This document shows positions 58,224-64,000 of a stretch of DNA of 64,000 bases, one piece after another. Made by a program: the position numbers and the translations under genes. This DNA is from Thalia democratica (lineage: Eukaryota). Numbering within the stretch: the first letter of the stretch is position 1; each line of letters opens with the position of its first letter. The notes beneath the pieces were generated by a model. That model did no database searches. It was not told the DNA's origin and saw only the letters and a program-made list of their open reading frames with translations. The DNA lies in NCBI GenBank assembly GCA_965202585.1, contig OZ241826.1, forward strand, positions 26,846,001-26,910,000, written 5' to 3'.

Positions 58224-59227
58224 AGCCTAGCGGTTTACACAACCGAAGCTTTCTGTTTATTTGTTAGTTAATTTAAAACGAAAATGTATATTTAAACTTA
58301 GTTTATATTATGTTAAAGTCGGTCATTTGTAAGTTTTAACTCTTTGTTAGTATTACCTTCTCAACTAGCACTATTTTAGCCCTGGTGGTGGTAAATTTAC
58401 GACTTTAGAAACATTCTGAAAATAACTTTATCGAAAGCTTTACTAACAACGTGTTACGTATTTCAAAATTACAAAAAAAACATTAAACTAAACTCTTAGT
58501 AGCGTTAGTAGAGAAAAAAATCTTACTTTGTACATTACTAACTGTAGCTTAAGTTTCTACTTTAATTGTAATTAAGCGCTTCGAGTCAAGAATTCCCAAA
58601 CTCATTTTCGTAAACGCCCCCTTGGCGGAGTCTTACGTAATATTTATTCATTGCACTTATTAGGGTAATATTGCCCACTTGGCACTTATAAGGGTAATAT
58701 CTATTTTTTTCAAAGATGCTTTATAATTACAAACAATAACTAATGTTTTACTTACTTATGAGAAAAAGTAAAACAATCAAACTTTAGTAAAGTTGTAATA
58801 AAAAGTTGAAGTGTTGTTGTTTTGTTAGAATTTCAGTTTGAAAAAATAAAAAATAAACTGAGCTTGCTTGATATAAAAAGTTTAACCTTTTAAAGTTAAG
58901 CTTTGAATGTCTATCATTGTGTCTTTTACTGTTAAAATTAGTTACAAACAACATTGAAAAAAAATTATAGACTTTAACTTTTTGAAAGCTACCTTTAAAA
59001 AATTAATGAAAATCATTAATGAAAAATTTTTTGCAAAAAAACATAAAATACAAAGTAATATATCTATAAGTTTAATTTTAAGACTACAATTTTTATGTTT
59101 ATTATTATTTTTATTCTTAATATGTTCAGGTGTTTAGTTTAAAACCATTTTACATTATAAAAACTGCCAGACTGTATTGTCTTTTTTAGGAACATTTATT
59201 TTTATACACATTTAAAAAAATTTGTTT

Positions 59228-59620
59228 CTATCTTTGTTCAAGGTTTCCTTGGTTTGCCAAGCGTTCATTTTCTAACACTAGCTGTTCTTTATACCATTCG
59301 AAAAACTTCCTGACAAGCTTTTTTTTAAACTCGTTATCATTATGCAGCTTTCCCATCACTTCTGTCAAGGTGCGATCTTTGCTTACTAAAGAGTCATAAA
59401 TTTCTGCCACTTGACTTATCGTTGTTCCGAAGGCTAAATTTAGCCTTATCGTTGTTATCCAATTACCCGTATACTGTATGAGGTCTCTTTTCGAAACATC
59501 TTCTATGTCAATTTCTAGGTCAAAATCTGGTTGATTTTCAGGTGGTTTTTCCGCATTTTCTTTATTTGTGTTTCGCTTAATAGCACGTTTATTTTTAGAT
59601 GTTCTTTCTACTGTTTCCAT
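59228..59620 (-). CDS. Intronless orphan protein (130 aa from ATG 59620), putative distant homolog of the 51210 ORF
   Basis: Open frame with protein-like composition; 11/33 ungapped identity to the 51210 ORF motif. Confidence 0.65.
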   Translation of the reverse strand: METVERTSKNKRAIKRNTNKENAEKPPENQPDFDLEIDIEDVSKRDLIQYTGNWITTIRLNLAFGTTISQVAEIYDSLVSKDRTLTEVMGKLHNDNEFKKKLVRKFFEWYKEQLVLENERLANQGNLEQR

Positions 59621-59835
59621 TTTAATAAGTAAATGTACACACACAATAAACAGAAAGATCAGATATTTTTATGCAGGCAAATCGTTAAAAATATTTTGTA
59701 TAAAAAAAGCCGTAAAGTTACGTAATAATTGTTTAATTTATTTACTTTTTGCTGAATTTGCAAACCGTTTTAAACTAGTTGAACACATACTCTTAAAATC
59801 TCACAAACTTTACTTTGGATTTTTAAACCTAAAAG

Positions 59836-60073
59836 ATAACTGACTCATTTTCGAAAAATATTTATTTATTTATTAATTTCGTTTAGCTCTCTTCAGAATA
59901 ACATTGCTAAAAACTATGAATATTGTAGAGTAATTTTAGTAATATATAATGAATTTGAAAAGTCTAAAACTAAAATTACTCTACAATATTCATAGTTTTT
60001 AGCAATGTTATTCTGAAGAGAGCTAAACGAAATTAATAAATAAATAAATATTTTTCGAAAATGAGTCAGTTAT
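59836..60073. repeat. Perfect inverted repeat: 105-bp arms, 28-bp spacer
   Basis: 59836-59940 is the exact reverse complement of 59969-60073. Confidence 0.95.
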
Positions 60074-61049
60074 GTTTGAACTTTTTAATTAAAACCAGTA
60101 CCAAAACCAAACTATTCAAACCTAAAAGAGTCTTCATAATAATTTCAACTAAAATTCTTATCCAATTTGAATCATACAAGCTTTTAGCACATTTAAAAGT
60201 AGTACTGTTTTTCAATGAAAAGTTATAATCTGCAATAATCAAACCTCAATTAAAATTAAATTCAGACTTTAAATAATAAAAGTACAGTTCGAAGCTGAAA
60301 TAACTATAAAAAACTATAAACCAAGAAAGTTCACAAAAGGTGTATAAAGCGAAAAACCTTTTGTGTAAAAGTTTTAGTAAAATAAATACTACTACAACTT
60401 TAGCATTTAACAAAAATTGAAATAAAAGTTATTTTTGATTATTACAGCTTACTATTTTAAATACTGAGATAAAGTTTTGTTGTTATACTATTACCGTAAG
60501 CATCTATAGAGTTTGTATTTAATGATAGTCGTTTTTATATTTTTTTGTTAGCTTTCAAGGATTTTTTAATTTATTGTTTTGATTATAACAAAGGTTTGAT
60601 AACTTCACTGCCAATGAAGCCTTACAGAGAATGTCAAGAATTTTTAAAATGTTTTGTTTGTTTCAATAAAAATATATTTGCAAGTTTTAAGTATGGAGCT
60701 CTAAAAACTACTTTATAAAAAAAATCTCAACATAAACACCAAGTGCATCGAAAAATAACACTAGTAATGACTTTAAAATTTTATACAATATAAAATTAAA
60801 CTTTAAACCCTAAATTTAAAACCTAAGTAATACCAGTTATGTACAAACTTTATGTGTATCAACCAACGAAACATATCATCATCATTTTATTAACTATTTT
60901 TCGAAACAATTTTGCATATTTGTTTAGCACAAAAAACGTAGCAATAACGTTTTATCCTCAAATTCTTTTTAAATCGTTTTGTGTACTTTTTAGTTTAAAG
61001 ATGGCAATCAAAGTTCTCAACTTAAATAAAAGGAGGATGATCAGTTATG

Positions 61050-61250
61050 AAATCTAAATTTTATTAACAATAAAATGTTTCACTGGTTTGAAACTAGTAA
61101 AACGAGATCTTGAGTTGTTTAAAATCTGTAAAAATTTATATAATAACATGTTGGAAGACATTAGGCTAAACTTGAAATAAAAGAAATTAGAAAAAAAAAA
61201 ATTAAACAAAAAACTGAATAAAATCAAAGTAAAACTTATAGTTTAAAGTT
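61050..61250 (-). mobile_element. Second copy of the Penelope-like 3' region, hammerhead core mutated (CTCAAGA)
   Basis: Direct similarity to 10670-10870. Confidence 0.7.
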
Positions 61251-61471
61251 ACTAATGCATTAAAATCTAAAATAAATGGTTTTAATGAATATACAGTTGT
61301 AACTTTGTATATTACTGCAAAACTTGTTTTGAATGCTGAAGTACATTTTTTTAGAACAATTTGAAAATTGGCTTTGTTAATTTTTTTTCAATATAAAACT
61401 TTGATTTAAAGCTTTTTATATTTTATCTGAAGACAATTTTGTACCTTTTAAAATAAATGTAACGTATAGAG

Positions 61472-62100
61472 CAGGGGTCGGCAGGCAGTTGGTGGTCGCG
61501 GGCCAAATTTCAAGTTTCCAAAGTCTTCGCGGGCCGCAGTTTTAGTTTTAGTGACATTTGAATACTCGTTTGGTTTTAGTCTTAGTCACACTAGAGAAAA
61601 GTTTTACTTTTATTGTTTTAAATGACTTTTAGCTATACATAGAATGCCTATTTAAATTAATTTTTATTAGAATAGAATTTACATTGACTAAAAAACTTAA
61701 GTGTTAATAAACTATGTACTTTCAGAAGCACTTAATAAGTTAAACGTAATATTTTAGTAATTTTACTTACAACCTAACTCTCTATAAAAACCTAACTTGA
61801 AAGACAATTTATGGGTTACTTTTATACATTTGTTACATTATCAACCGTTTTTTCAAGAATATTAACTTAAAAAAATTTTTTGCGTGTTAAATAATTTACA
61901 CTTACTAAAAATTTAGTGATCAGTTAACTTAATTAAATTAATACCTGTTTGTATTCCAGAAAGCTAAAACAAATTCTTCAAAATAATTAATTCTCGAATA
62001 CTTTGATAAAATACTTTATAAGTAATTAGACTTTTAAACAGTTGCCATTTAAAAAGTAAAAATCTCTGACTTGTATAAAACTAGCCTAAGTTTATTAAAA
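61472..62100. mobile_element. hAT-like element end (CAGGGGTCGGCA..GCGGGCC), inverted homolog of ~57560-58223
   Basis: Terminal and subterminal sequence match; right end not located. Confidence 0.6.
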
Positions 62101-64000
62101 GTTAAAAAAGCTAGTAAATAGTTGTTATCAAGCTAAAATACCTAGTTAAAATATCATCATTATCAAAAAGTACACTAAGTGTAAGAAAACAAGAAAAAAA
62201 TACAATTAGTAAGCTACACTACAGTCATAAAAACTATTCTGAGAAATGGAAGATTTCTTTAAAGTGTTTGAAATAAAAGTTTCACAAACATCTGAGATTT
62301 TAAGCTTTTATAACAGCCTGTTTGTGTAGCAACCAAGTTAAAAAAAAGTTCACAACATATAGAAATAACGAAGGTTATTAACAGTAAATAAATTACTTGC
62401 CAAAAAAATATAAGTTAGCTGGAACGGATAATTAAGTTTCTTAAACAAATTTAACAAAAGTATAAAACTTTCTTGAGTCATTAGCGAAGTAATAAACACT
62501 TATTTTTTATTAAACATTATAGCTATTCTTTATCTGCAATATAAATATTTCATTTAAAAATAGTAATTGTAAAATATAAGACGAGCTTAAAATAAAATTA
62601 GTTTGGAGTTATTGCGAGAAAAATTAAAATCAAATCACCAAAGTCAGTTCCAACAAAGCACATGATTACCTTCAGTAACTACAGAATGATCAGAAAAAAT
62701 TTTTAAATTATAAAGTAGCAAAATTTATTACTTAAAATGAGATACCGTTTAGAGTTGTAAACTTTTTAAAGAATTAATGTTGACGGTAAGGAAAAACTTT
62801 TGTTTATTTCTTTAATTACAACAAGAAGTGGTGTTTAGGAAGGTTATAAAGTCGCATAAATCAAATTAGGTCTTTAATCAATCTGTTAACATGGGAGCAC
62901 TGATAGAAAAACTATTGCTCATCTGAGAATGTTAATTATAGATGTTTTTACTAACTTTGACATTTTAGTATAATTTCTTGGTTTAGTTCCAACACGAAGC
63001 ACAACAATCGGTGAAATTTCACAAATAAAGGTGAAAAGCACCAATACAAAGTTTTTGGAAGTACAATTCCTTCTTTTATTTTTAGTAAAAAGTTTAACTA
63101 AAGTTTAAAAAAATGTCTTAAAAAATATATCTATATTAAACAATACTGTTAAGTTACTTTAATATATTTTTTAATTAAAAAAAATTCATTTGGTAATTTT
63201 TTTTGTCAAATCAAAATTTTATTACTTTACATGTAAATGTTGTTTAAAATTCCAGGTTTTTCGAAAACTCTCAAATTCAATTTTTTTTCCAAAATTTTAA
63301 ACATAAATTTTCAAATTCAAAGCTTTTCCGATATTCAAATTTTTTGGCAACACTGATTGTTCACACTTAAATGTACACAATAATATAAACAATATGTTGA
63401 ATTATATTAGCTGCAAAACTTAAAATTTAACATATATTACAACTCAAACTAACACTGTGAATAGAAAAAAAACATACATCATAAGTTTAATTTGCCACTC
63501 TTTTAAGCAAAAACGCCAGCCTGAGTCAACAAAAACATTCATGATATTTTGTATACAAAATGCAATTCTAGCCAAAATCTTAAAAAACTACTTGTTTGGC
63601 CTGAGAGTTGAAGTCTTCAAACAGTGATAGTCTGAGTGCTAGCAATGTTTAGTTGTTTATTTGCTTGAATTCGAACTGTTTTGATTAAAAATGTACAAAC
63701 TTAATAAATTTACCATCCCTAAATTTAGTTTATGTTAAATAGATAGCTCCAAAAAACAGCAATTGTGTGAATTGATATGCAAGGCATTAAAATTAACTTA
63801 GTTTGACAAAAACAATGTTTAAAAAATGAAAATGTATTCATAAAAAAAACTATATTAACTTATGTCATATATATTGTTTTAAATGTGTCTGTACAAATTT
63901 AGATATTACATGTAGAAACAACAATGTAGAAAATTATGCATAAACTAGACTTAAACTAACTAATATTAAAGTATTAAATAAAAAGTGGTTTAAAATATGA

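Noticed and set aside
51127-59679. Shared 12-mer tttatgcaggca near both orphan ORFs (51127-51138, 59668-59679)
   Set aside because: Downstream of one ORF and upstream of the other; could be chance.

Overview
AT-rich, intron-rich metazoan DNA (species not identifiable from sequence; nothing prokaryotic, no rRNA or CRISPR). All calls come from manual reading and translation; no database search was run. Genes: (1) a complete 10-exon tektin-1 gene (minus, 13186-20409, 402 aa, RPNVELCRD signature), plus a frameshifted second copy of exon 1 (14-101) and an orphan inverted copy of exon 7 (48740-48834); (2) a multi-exon minus-strand gene (about 26028-34008, 5' end not found) with an ILEI/PANDER (GG) domain, a CCP/sushi-like segment and a possible Ig-like segment, including 26-27 nt microexons; (3) a disrupted C-type-lectin-like membrane protein ORF (45904-46539); (4) a disrupted repeat-rich orphan ORF caught in an exact 2164-bp tandem duplication (39387-43717); (5) two intronless orphan ORFs (51210-51770, 59228-59620) that share an ungapped 33-aa motif. 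Rearrangements: 10.1-16.6 kb and 47.5-51.7 kb are an inverted segmental duplication resolved by reciprocal gene loss. Mobile DNA: TTAA-flanked Kolobok-like MITEs, hAT-like and CAGGG-TIR MITEs, a tRNA-derived SINE head, and a Penelope-like retroelement end with a hammerhead-ribozyme-like core. Recurrent unexplained pattern: short 'echo' duplications of exon 3' ends together with their splice donors.
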